In this document: in pieces, positions 1-10,229 of the stretch | Layout of the letters: the number at the start of each line of letters is the position of its first letter | How positions within the stretch are numbered: the stretch's first letter is position 1 | Source of the DNA: Peribolospora baueri | Taxonomy: Eukaryota | NCBI GenBank assembly: GCA_029717555.1 | Contig: JAMDHS010000003.1 | Coordinates: 310,001 to 374,000, forward strand | DNA length: 64,000 bases | Direction: 5' to 3' | Translations under genes and position numbers: made by a program | Notes under the pieces: generated by a model | The model's database searches: none | The model's input: only the letters and a program-made list of their open reading frames with translations | Told to the model about the DNA's origin: nothing

Positions 1-48
1 AAGAAGGACGGCGTTAATAGAGATGGACCTGGGCGATACCGGTGAAGG

Positions 49-990
49 TTGGTTGCGACAACGGACGAGCGGGGTGGTCACAAAACCGACCGATCGTTTG
101 CACGTGATATTCCATGGCAACTGATCGTCCATGATACGTCGTCCTTGCACGTACTGCCGTCACCACCACCACCGAGGCGGACCATGGTTCCGGGCGGCAG
201 CACGGCTTCATCATGCTCGCTACCCATCCTCTCCTCCCCCTTTCTCACCCTCCCCGTCCTTGACCGTGCCCTCGAGCAGCACCTCCTCCGTCCGGCCATC
301 ACCCAAATTGTCGAGGCCGAGCCCGCGCCCCCATCTCAGCGCCCCGCACTGGCGTCGGAAGAGAACAGACTGGCGGCGGAAAGGGCGATCCAGCTGCTCA
401 GCGCGAGACTCATCGTCCTCGAGTGTGACTTGCCTCGACCGGTTGCTACGCAACGAGAGCGACGAAGACCGAGACCGAGACCAAGATCGGACTCGCGCTG
501 CCGCGGGGCAGGGGCAGAGAAGGAGGAAGAGGAAGCGGGCGATGAGGAGGAAGACGTGGACTGGCCCGCCATTTCTCAGATTCCTCTGACCCGCTACCGT
601 CTCTCCCTCCTTCTCCTTGCCTTTCAAGAGCGGGAACGCGCAAAGGCCGAGCTCGAGCAGGCGCTTGCCTCCCTCGCCCCGTTCTCCAAGCCGGTCTTGG
701 CGAATTTGAAAAAGAAGGAGAAGAAGGAAAGACCTCGCGTCAAGGATACGGGTGGGTCGGAGTCCGGGGAGGTTGTATTCGCACCACCAACGACGCCGAC
801 CGTTGGGCGGCGGCCATTATCAGCCGGACAGAGAGAGCTTCTGACGCTGGAAGGGAAGATTCTGCGGTCGTTGGAGGTGGTGTGCGAGGCGATGGCGGGG
901 AGGGCCAAGGGAAGCGAGGCGGAGAGGTATGGCAGGTGGGCAGAGGCACGTGCGGAAAGGTTAAGGGCGTCGAATGGCCCCGGCGGATGA
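49..990 (+). CDS. hypothetical protein, helical/low-complexity; true start uncertain (first ATG at 184)
   Basis: 313-codon open frame with amphipathic-helix-like segments (LTRYRLSLLLLAFQERERAKAELEQALASL; ELLTLEGKILRSLEVVCEAM). No family recognised. Confidence 0.45.
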   Translation: MVATTDERGGHKTDRSFARDIPWQLIVHDTSSLHVLPSPPPPRRTMVPGGSTASSCSLPILSSPFLTLPVLDRALEQHLLRPAITQIVEAEPAPPSQRPALASEENRLAAERAIQLLSARLIVLECDLPRPVATQRERRRPRPRPRSDSRCRGAGAEKEEEEAGDEEEDVDWPAISQIPLTRYRLSLLLLAFQERERAKAELEQALASLAPFSKPVLANLKKKEKKERPRVKDTGGSESGEVVFAPPTTPTVGRRPLSAGQRELLTLEGKILRSLEVVCEAMAGRAKGSEAERYGRWAEARAERLRASNGPGG

Positions 991-1462
991 CAGACGATGT
1001 CGAATGGATCGCCTGCAATCGCGTACGCGGTATGAGTGCGACGGTGCCGCGGCCTCCTGGGCTTGACCGCTTGCGAGCGGTCCTGTCCTCGCCACGTAAA
1101 GTGAACCCACCGATGTACGGGCCGCCGACTCTCCTATTGCTGGCGCTTCAAGCGAGCCAGCAAGCAAACGAGACAACTGGTTAGCCCCTTAGGGCGTGCT
1201 CGGAATTCTTCGCGGTGTGCGGACGAAGGGGAGAAATGCAGGCGGGCGCGGGCGTTATGACTACTGTACGATGCTTGCCCGTCAGCGATGAAAGGAGACG
1301 AAAACCAACGACGACAACATCGCGAAACACCAGGCCGACAAGACAGTCTGGACAGGTTCTGGTGGTGATGACGATGGGGGAATGGGAACGGAGACGGAAA
1401 AGAGGGAAAGGGGCGCGAGAAGTGTGGTTACGGTCGTGGTGAAGACGAGCAGCAGAGTCCAC

Positions 1463-2646
1463 TCAAACCTCGGCGATTCTGAGAAGCTTGAACCAAACAG
1501 GCTCCTTCCTTCCTTCCGGGTCTTCTCTCTCGGAAACCGACATCTCCTGCACCAAAAAAGTTGCTGCGCCGGTCGCCACGCCCATTCCTGCGCCGCCAAG
1601 AAGGAGGTTTGGGAGTCGAGCACGGCGGAGCAAGAGGGCAGGGGAGAGGACGGCGCCGAGGCAGGCTCCGATGAGGGTAAGGTCGTCTAGGCGGACCTGG
1701 TGGGGGTGAAGCGAGGTCCGAGGGTCAATTTGCCCACTCTCCTCTCAGTCTCCGCCCGGAGACTTGTCTCAGACTGATTCGAGTGAACTCACAACGTTCG
1801 GATCTCTCTTCAGTCTATGCACCTTGACGCCGACCGAAGAATCGTTCATGGACTGCAGCTTTGCCCAGCCGATACTCGCTGTGAGCGTCGCCGCCGTGAG
1901 GGGGCTGACCCAGCTGTTGGTCGTGAGATGGAGTGGGTTGAATCGAGATCATCATCAGTCGTTTATTGCACGTCAGCGCCGAGGCTTCTCATTGAACGAA
2001 GGATAGAAAGAGAAGACGACGGACGGTGTGATCGGGTGAACGAAGACGCACCAAGCCCTCAAAAATCTGTTTATTCCAAAAGAGCGCTTGCGGAGAGAGT
2101 TGAACAAGTAAACCGGCGGGGTGACGAGCGCGGCCGCTTGCGCTCCTGGATGGGAGACAAGGAATGGCAAGTGTTGGAGAAAAGACGAAGGAGGAAGGAA
2201 AGAAGGTCAGACAAGAGGTTCGCTTCGCTCATTTCGTGGGTAGAGGTGGTGAAAAAAAGAAGGATGAATGCGAAGAAACTCGGTCCAGTTCAAGCAAGCC
2301 CGTCCAAGCAAGCCCCTCCCCTCCCTCCCTCCCTCCCTCCCTCCTCACGGCTTCTGCTTAAGAGACTTCATCTTGTGGAGCGAAACGGTACACGAAGGCC
2401 GGAGATCGCAGAATGACTGCACGAGACGACAAAAGCCTCACCCCTCCAACCGGCCTCCTTGATCAGCCAAGCCCTGTCGTCCATCCTCTGCTTCTCCTCC
2501 GCATCCAAGAGCGTCATGCCGGGCTTTGGCTCTGGCTGGGCCATTTGCGATTGCTGACGGGGGCGGTCGCCCAGAGGGGTGGCTGTTGGGACCGGTGCTC
2601 TGGAAACGTCCTCTCCCTTGTGTTCGGAAGAGGTGAAAGGCCACAT
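1463..2646 (-). CDS. small hypothetical membrane protein (4 exons)
   Basis: Hand splicing through GT-AG introns gives one frame: MWPFTSS...WLIKEAGWRG|AQAAALVTPPVYLFNSLRKRSFGINRFLRAC|WVSPLTAATLTASIGWAKL...DPNV|VRLDDLTLIGACLGAVLSPALLLRRARLPNLLLGGAGMGVATGAATFLVQ...AEV*. It has several Gly/Ala-rich hydrophobic helices. Confidence 0.6.
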
Positions 2647-3752
2647 GTCGGTTCGGGCCAGGGAGCACGGGAGGCGGCTGGGGCGACGGTGGAAGGAGGC
2701 GGGCTGGATGGGGGCGAAGGTCAGAGATGCGGAGGGTTGTGGTGTGCGACAAGGCAAGTGTACGCCTTCTTGGCCGTCCTGGAGGAGACAGAAGAGAGCA
2801 AGATTGGGAGTAGGATGAGGAAGAGGAGGTGGAGTGTCAAGTGAGGGCTCGACTGAGCGATGTGTGGCCCCGCAAAGGGATCGATCGGTGGATGGCGGGG
2901 GATGATGAGGGCGAAAGGCCGAGCCGGATTTATCGTAAATCTCTTCGCAGCCAGTCGCCCAGCGTAGACCCGTCACAGACCGGACAAACAACTAAACGAG
3001 TATTTCTAGTAGCTGAGCTGACTGAGGAACGGAACGTCGCGCGATGGATGTACTCAGCTTGCCGGTCCATGGCGACGAGCGCCCCGGTCTATCCCGATCC
3101 TTGTACACAGCGCCGTCCGTCGTGTCGTCCGCTTTCATCCCACTTCGGGTACGCCCGCTCGCACGCCCACTCCCCCTACATCGATTGCATGGTACGACTC
3201 GTCTAACCGTCGAGCGCCCCATGCCATGTGAAAGACGACTGGATCCGCACCGTGTCCCAGCAAGCAGATCGACCAGTAAGAAAGACACGGTCAAGACACG
3301 GGCGCGTTCGTTCAGGGTTGACAACAGTAAAGCAAGACGCGTGGTCGCAGCATGTGCGCGGTTCAACGAAGCTGGACTTTCTATGCATTTCCCCTTCGTA
3401 TGGATACACCTTGTCCACCTGTCGCGCCCACCTCATCCGCCCCACCGCTCGTCCGCACGTAGTCGTGTTCATTGCCGCCCTCGTTCTTTAGGATCCGACA
3501 GGCCAAACGTAACGAAGACCGGCCTGCTCATGAGGATGGTATGGAGAATGAGGTTGAGATGGACCATGATGGTAAGCAGCGGAGACAAAGATAAGGAAAA
3601 CAAAATTGGGGGAGAGGCGCGGGACAAATAAATCAAACGAGTACGGTCAGCTCCGCCTTCCGCCCTTCCTTCTCCCCCACATCAACAGGGCCAATCAAAA
3701 CACAATCACTACTCACTGCGACAAGGGGTAGGCCGAACGAACAACATCCCGT

Positions 3753-4241
3753 TCAGTGGTGGGACTCCTTCTGGACTTGGGCGGCTGATCGAGAAAGAAA
3801 AAAGAGAGGCCACGAAGAAAGGCAAAGATGCAGGGAGAATGGGTAAACAAATAACGTGGAACAGGTCAGCGGCTTGTCCAGATGGACCATGTTTAGGGTC
3901 GGCAGCAGCACGATCCGAACGACCTGCAGGTCATCTTTCGTACGATCTCCATCACAAGTCCTCCCGCATCTCAGCACACCCGAACTCGTCCTGGCTTCCA
4001 TCAAAACTCCCTCCTGCAGAGTACCACCGCTCCCAAAGGAGGACTGCTTCACGGAGGAGCACTCAAAGAGCACGGAAAGCTCACCATAGGGGTTCCTGGG
4101 GTCGTTCTTGTACTCGTCGCTCTTGACCATCGCATTCTGGAGGTTGTTGACGAGGTAGAAGGTGACAATCCCGGCAAGCACGAAGGGCTGCATCGGCTTC
4201 CACACGGGAGTGGGGTACTTTCGGAATCCGAAGAGGGACAT
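3753..4241 (-). CDS. ATP18: mitochondrial ATP synthase subunit j/i
   Basis: MSLFGFRKYPTPVWKPMQPFVLAGIVTFYLVNNLQNAMVKSDEYKNDPRNPY|AAQVQKESHH*. Matches the fungal subunit j pattern (KPxxPF, one TM helix, E(F/Y)xNDPRNP). Intron 3785-4084. Confidence 0.9.
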   Translation of the reverse strand: MSLFGFRKYPTPVWKPMQPFVLAGIVTFYLVNNLQNAMVKSDEYKNDPRNPYGELSVLFECSSVKQSSFGSGGTLQEGVLMEARTSSGVLRCGRTCDGDRTKDDLQVVRIVLLPTLNMVHLDKPLTCSTLFVYPFSLHLCLSSWPLFFLSRSAAQVQKESHH

Positions 4242-4476
4242 TGTAGGCGAGACCAGGGCTGAGCAGGAAGGAATGGGAAGCTGATAGCAGGGTGGAGAGG
4301 CGAGGAAGATGGGCAGGAACGATGACCGACGGCAACCACCGGGCCGTAACGGGCGTGAGAAGAAGGCGCGACTGCGGTCGATCCACCTAACCCCGCCCTT
4401 TTCCGTACTCGTGTGCCCCTTCCTGTCCAGGAATGCACGGTCCACACTCCTCTTCGCCGATCTCTTCCCCATCATC

Positions 4477-5397
4477 ATGTCCAGATCTACAGCCTCCCTT
4501 CTTCGGCGAACGCTGGCGACGGCGGCCACTAATTCGTATCCCGCCCAAGCATCTTCATCCTTGCGTGCGTCCAGGTCCTCTCGTCGCTCAGCCTCCCTGG
4601 CGACGTCGGCCGACTCGGACCGCGCCTCATCCTTTTGGCCAACTCAAGACCTCGTCGGGCCGCCCGACCCGCTCTCCAACCTGCGACCGGTCGTATACTC
4701 CCCTGGGATTGCTCGATTGAACCTCAGCGCTTCTACCTCCTTAACCGGGGTAGAGCGCAACGACGAACTAGCAAAATCAAAGGCGTCGAAAGGCAAGGCG
4801 ATAACGGCACCGACGCCGCATCCCTACTCCCTCTCCGAGTTCCGCGCTCCCTCTTCTTCCTCCCTACCGTCTACTTCGTCTGCCTCCTCCTTGGCCTCTA
4901 CTGCATCCCGCCCACGTCATCCGGCGCGCCGCCCTTACTCGTCCTCTTTCCTCTCCCTCCTTTCTCGCTACGAGGCGCAAGACCTCTCCTACCGCCTCCT
5001 CCGCCTCCGCGCCGACACCTTCTCCAACGCCTTCTGGAGGGACAACAACGCGCGCTTCGAGGCCGCGCTCCGGGAATGGAAGGCAAGACAGGCGGTTCTG
5101 GAGAGCTCCAGCGTGTCCGTTTTCGACCAAGGCGGCGGGGCCGATGGCCAAACTCCATCTAAGAAGGGGGGGAAGGGGAAGAGCGATTCGCGAGCGGCCT
5201 CTGCACCCGCAACCAAACCGGACCTCTCCACCTTCTACGTTGCCTGGATGAACGCCAACCGTTCCCGTCACACGGCGTACAACACGGAGCTTTGGCGAAC
5301 CCAGTTCGGCCTACTGCGCCCCGCTGCCAGACACGCTTGTTTGGGCGTCTGGGTGAGGGTGAGGGAGAAGTGGGAAAGGGCGTTGGGGAGAGGATGA
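4477..5397 (+). CDS. COA8: COA8/APOPT1-family (DUF2315) mitochondrial protein, intronless
   Basis: Arg/Ser-rich presequence MSRSTASLLRRTLATAA. Family-like motifs DLVGPPDPLSNLRPV, FWRDNNARF and LSTFYVAWMNANRSRHTAYNTELWR. Confidence 0.8.
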   Translation: MSRSTASLLRRTLATAATNSYPAQASSSLRASRSSRRSASLATSADSDRASSFWPTQDLVGPPDPLSNLRPVVYSPGIARLNLSASTSLTGVERNDELAKSKASKGKAITAPTPHPYSLSEFRAPSSSSLPSTSSASSLASTASRPRHPARRPYSSSFLSLLSRYEAQDLSYRLLRLRADTFSNAFWRDNNARFEAALREWKARQAVLESSSVSVFDQGGGADGQTPSKKGGKGKSDSRAASAPATKPDLSTFYVAWMNANRSRHTAYNTELWRTQFGLLRPAARHACLGVWVRVREKWERALGRG

Positions 5398-6229
5398 AGC
5401 GTATCGGACGGGATGCGGCGTGATGCGATGCGGTGCGATGTGATTCGATGCGATAGGATGGGACGGTTCTTCAAGTCTGCTCGCCGAGCTGATTGTGTCA
5501 ATAGAGCCCAGGAAGTCTTTCAGAGCAGGCCGGACGCCTGTCCCTCCCCCGTACTCCATCTCCGGATCTTACCGGCCGACTCCCAACGCATGCGACGTGA
5601 TTTTTCCTTGCATGGTCTTCACCGAGAGCGGAGAGCGAGCTCTCCGGCGAGTATTCTACTCGAGTCAAGGCTTACGTCAGCATCCTCTGCGCTTGGCGAT
5701 AGCAGCTGCAACTAGTAGCAACTCGAGCAAGACTGGAATCAGGATCACCAACAGTCAAAGGAGGTGGTCCAGATCGAGGTCGAGTCCGCGGCGCCGCCAC
5801 CCTTCCTCCACGTTAGGTTGGAAGAGCCACGCGGTGAGCACGTTTAGAGCGTAGTTAGCCGGTCGATCAAGGGCAATGTATTAAAATGGTCAAAGAGTGG
5901 CTATACGTACAAAACAAGCTGGGTGGAACAGGAAGGGGTCACGTTGTCACGTCGAGAAAGTGCGAGACATAACTCAAGAGAAAGGCACTCAGTCAAGGTT
6001 GTACGTGGTAGATGAGTGTCGGGAAGCGTGGCGGGGAGAGACGGGACGTTACAGAGGTCGGAGGAAAGGACGGAATCGGTGATTGTCCCAACGGGTTACA
6101 GTCTCGTATTATCAAAACAGGTTCACGGAAGCGTGGGTTGGGAAGGTCGGCAGGCGATTACTGTTCTACGATCGAATGTGGGAAGGAAAACGAGCGCATG
6201 GACAGTGGTACGACATTGACGACCAATCC

Positions 6230-9200
6230 TCACGTCGCCGACAAGGCAGGCCGGCTGTGCCAGGGGAACCGACCGCGCTTGCGTGCACCGATCTGGGTGG
6301 CGTTCCAGGGAGTCTCGCCTGGAGGGATGTCGTAACAGAGGTCCTGGACCGCTTTGGGGATCTGGAGCTGGTTGTGAAGGTACGATGGCTGTGCGACCAC
6401 CGCTCCAAGGAAGCCCTGCGGAAGGAACGCGAGACGATCGATTCGAAATGAGCGCTAACATTTGATGTGCAGTACGATATCGTCCAGATCCGACTCACCT
6501 CGGCAAGGTGCCACGCGATGTGACAATGGAGGGGCTAACAGAAGGCAAGAGGACGTGGAGAAAACGCGTGTGTGTGAATGAAGAATGGTGCACAATGTCA
6601 AGACCGTCCGCGTAGGACGTACCCAAACTCCAGGAAGGTCGTTGACGACGCGGAGTACGGCCCAGCTACTGCGACCGATGGCCGTCGTGTCTCGGCGGAG
6701 CGGGTTCGTCCTGCCAAATAGAGAAGGCGGTGCCATTTAAACAGAAGGCTCCGGAAAAAGATTGACCGAATGTTTCGGAGACGCACGTGTTGAAGTCTAT
6801 ACTCTTCGCTTGCGCTTCATTGAGAGTGCCATTACCTCTTCCAACGAGAAAAAGGTGAAACCGTGAAGCTAGGGGTAAAAGGGGTGCACAAATGGAGACG
6901 CCTCGTGTCAGTCATGTCGAGCGTCCTCAAGTAAGTCTAAACATCAGGCGTTAGATCTCTGCGTACATGGTACGGATGATCCAGGAAGGGGCTGGTGGTG
7001 CAGAAGGAGAGATGATGTGAATGCCAAGACACCGGGCGTTCTCAGTGGAGAAAAGCTTACTCAAGATTATTCTGCTCAGAAGCAAACCATTCTAAGATCA
7101 GGACTCTTCCTTGAGCCATGAGCGACAAGCCGGACAGTTTGACCTACTCACGATGATAATGTCCGCCGTGTTGCCAGTGAGATAGAGAGGTGCGATGTTG
7201 GTCGCGTTAACTGGCTTGCCGTCATGGACGGTCTCCAAAAGAGGGATGTACTCGTAATCGATAGCCGTGACCCCATCAACAAAGAACCTCGAGTAGTTTT
7301 GCCCCTGCACAGTCAAAGTGTTGAAGCTGCTGTTGTAGTGCCTCTGCATAGGCCCAAACGACACTTTCGTGAGCTCGATGTTTCCGCTTTCATGGACCTC
7401 TGCTTGAAATAGCCTACCCGTTGGTCCACAACGGTGGGAGCGTCAATCTTGATCAAAGGCACAAGGGCAGAGTCGGCGAGGTCGATACATTCCGAGCCTA
7501 GCACATCTCCCCAGTCCGGCGTCGTCGGCGTCTGCACGGGCTCTGTGGTGTTGCTGTTGTCGACATATTGGAGGATACCGAAGGTAGTTGCGTTGAGGGA
7601 TGGTTCGATGCTACATGGACAGTTCAAGCAGATTTGAGCATAAGGTTTGGATTGGACTCTAAAAGGGTGGAAGGGAGGGCACTCACTATGCGAAGCAGTT
7701 GGTGTTCATCTTCGACCGGATCCAATCTGAGGGCGACGGCGCAAAAGACGGATGGACTGTTCAAAGACCAGGGCCGCTCACAGCTCATCGACAAATGAGC
7801 TGAACTCACAAGTGTCCCCGGGCTTTCCAACAGTCGTATTCACGATGACGGAATAGCGCTGGCCGTTGTGGAAGGGGACGCGGTGAACCTGATACGGTTC
7901 CACACCAGTGTCGTCCGCCTCAATCACGCTCAAAGAGCTTTCGAGTAGCGGCGCAACAGCGTTCAGCAGTGGCTCGACAATATAGAAAATGAGGCAAGGC
8001 GTCAAGTGCGATTCAGGTAGCGCTCACTGCTCGTCCACGGAAAACTGCATCTCGGCGTGGCTTCCTCCGTTGATGAGACGAAAACGGTAGGCCTTGTTTT
8101 GCTCGACCTGAATTACGGGCGGCGTCTTCTGGTTGCATTGTTCGCCTGCCGGTGCGTCATTGCAGTTGTAGACGCCCTGATATGCGGCCGGGGATGGGAG
8201 ACGTACTCTTAGGGCCTTGCTCCTAGGCTTTATGCAGCGCAAGGTAGCTCACATTTCCGTTCATCACTCCAGAGTAGGGCGAAGGCGCCACTCCCCCGTG
8301 TCCATCATATCCAACGGCTCCGGAGGATTGGAGCTGTGAAACGGAGAGACAGAATGTGGCTGGCTGAGCGTTTCGTCTTCGGCGGTCGAACGTGCAAAAG
8401 CGAACTCACGCCTGCGGCGATCTCGTTCGCCTGGTCATGGTACCAGTCCGCGCTACCGGCAAGGAATGGCTGTCAGCGTCCGAACCGCCTGCTGCGAGGG
8501 CGGGCAGCCCAAAAGACAAACTCACTAGAACAACACTTGTTCCTCGTCAAAGTCTTTGCCTCTCTTCAACGGGTCGTTCGGCGAATGAATGATGAGGGGA
8601 CCGTAAAGGCCTAAAAGGGGAAGGAATCAGTGTGCATCTGCCAACAAGCTAACGCTCTGCGTCCACGAGATGACATGGGAGTGCTTCTACAAACCGTCTG
8701 TATATTGCATACTACATATGCAGAATGCGAGGTGGATAAGAATGGGCCCGACTCACGCACACATGCCGGCGTACTGCTCACCTGAAATGCGAGTGGTACC
8801 AGTAAGACTACCAAGAGGATGGGTAGGAAGCCGATGCGTCAGTCAAGGACGCTACCGACAGTTGTGGCAGTGAGGACGAGGGAATCCATGAAAACACAAA
8901 CCCCTGATGAGAAAAAAAAATTTGAAAATGGTAAGCATGGAAGAACCGACTTCGGCGGACGTGCTCTTTTTTTCACGTGTTCGCTTACCGAAACTTTGCG
9001 CCTGAAACTTGTATTGGAAGTATCCATCTGCCATTGCACGCCAAGATCAGAAATTCGGAAAAGGCAGGACGGGCCTGTGCGATGACGAGAATGGCTGGCT
9101 CACTTGCTGGAATGGGACATTGCGAAATGCCCACCACTCCCTGGGAGACGGTCACAGGGGCTTCAGCGTTTCTTTCTCGTCGTACCCGCATCTCTCCGGC

Positions 9201-10146
9201 AGACCCGGACGCTCACATCCATGAAAGGTGTGTGGTTCTGCTGTTGTCCGTGCCAGCTTTTTGATAGAGCAAGGAAGGGGGGAAGTTAGCGCTTGTATAC
9301 CGGAGCGCAATTTCGCACGCGGCAATGACATCTTACTGGATGGTCGTCCCGTTCGGCATGTTGTTCCATACGTTGATCTGGCGATTGGACGAGATGACGA
9401 AAACATCACTTCAGGCGGGGGTTCGCGGTGGAGATGGGCAGTAGGTGACACTTACCACGAGGGTATCGCCCTCGTTTGCTTCGATCAACGGACCGGGCGT
9501 CTAAGCGAGGAGCAAATGAGGACAATTAGATCCGGTTTCGAAGATGAACAGGAGCAAAGCCTGGCCTACCTGTCCGTTTATGGCGATCACGGGACGAACG
9601 TATCCATCCAGCGATCCCGTCCTACCAAGGATGGAAGGGGCAGAAGGACAGTCAACGAAGCTGCATCCCTCCGCCCGGCCGGCCACGGTATGCTCACCTC
9701 CAGTCAATGGTCCAATTGAAGACACGTGTGCTTGGTTCATCGGTAATTACAAAATCCTTTGAGAGGACGTACGATCCGGGTGCAGGCGGCTGGGAAGGAG
9801 GCAGCTTGGGGTTGACGGTGATCGTGGGCAGAGGGGGGTAGGTGGTGGTGGTGGCCCGGGGTCCCGAGGACGTGGCTAGGGTGGTGCTGCTCGAAACGGA
9901 GACCCGTGCCGATGACGTAGGTTCGGGGTTATGGGTCGAGAGGGGGAAAGCATGGCTCGAGGAGATGGTCGTACAAGCGGTGCTGGTCGCACTGGAGTGA
10001 CCCCGACCAAGGAACGACAGCGGGCTCGCGTTGACGACCCTGTCGCCGCCAGGGTGCAAGAATAGGCCGATGAGAAAAACAAGAAACAGCCGCGCAAAAG
10101 CCATTAGTAGAGGGATGATGTGACGTGAGCACTTCGTCCAGGGCAT
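6230..10146 (-). CDS. secreted laccase-like multicopper oxidase, about 23 introns; apparent 1-nt frameshift at about 6849-6853
   Basis: All four copper motifs are recovered after splicing: H|WHG, G|SYWYHSH, HPYH|LHG and HCHIAWHLAE|GF. Also YRFRLINGGSH, IEAD, GQRYS and NPLRRDT. It has an N-terminal hydrophobic signal and a Ser/Thr-rich stalk. No Fet3-type C-terminal TM helix. Alternative start ATG at 10104. Confidence 0.9.
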
Positions 10147-10222
10147 GAGAAGAGAGGAGTGAAACGTGAGATAAATCGAAGCGATGGAAGCGCCGAGCGT
10201 GCGCCTGCTGCGAGGAAGGGTG

Positions 10223-10229
10223 TTATATA
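10223..10229 (-). promoter_or_regulatory. candidate TATA box of the multicopper oxidase
   Basis: TATATAA on the minus strand about 80 bp upstream of the ATG, in otherwise GC-rich DNA. Confidence 0.4.

Noticed and set aside
2829..3631. Overlapping 120-195 aa ORFs between the hypothetical gene and ATP18
   Set aside because: No recognisable motif, consistent exon chain or coding-like composition.
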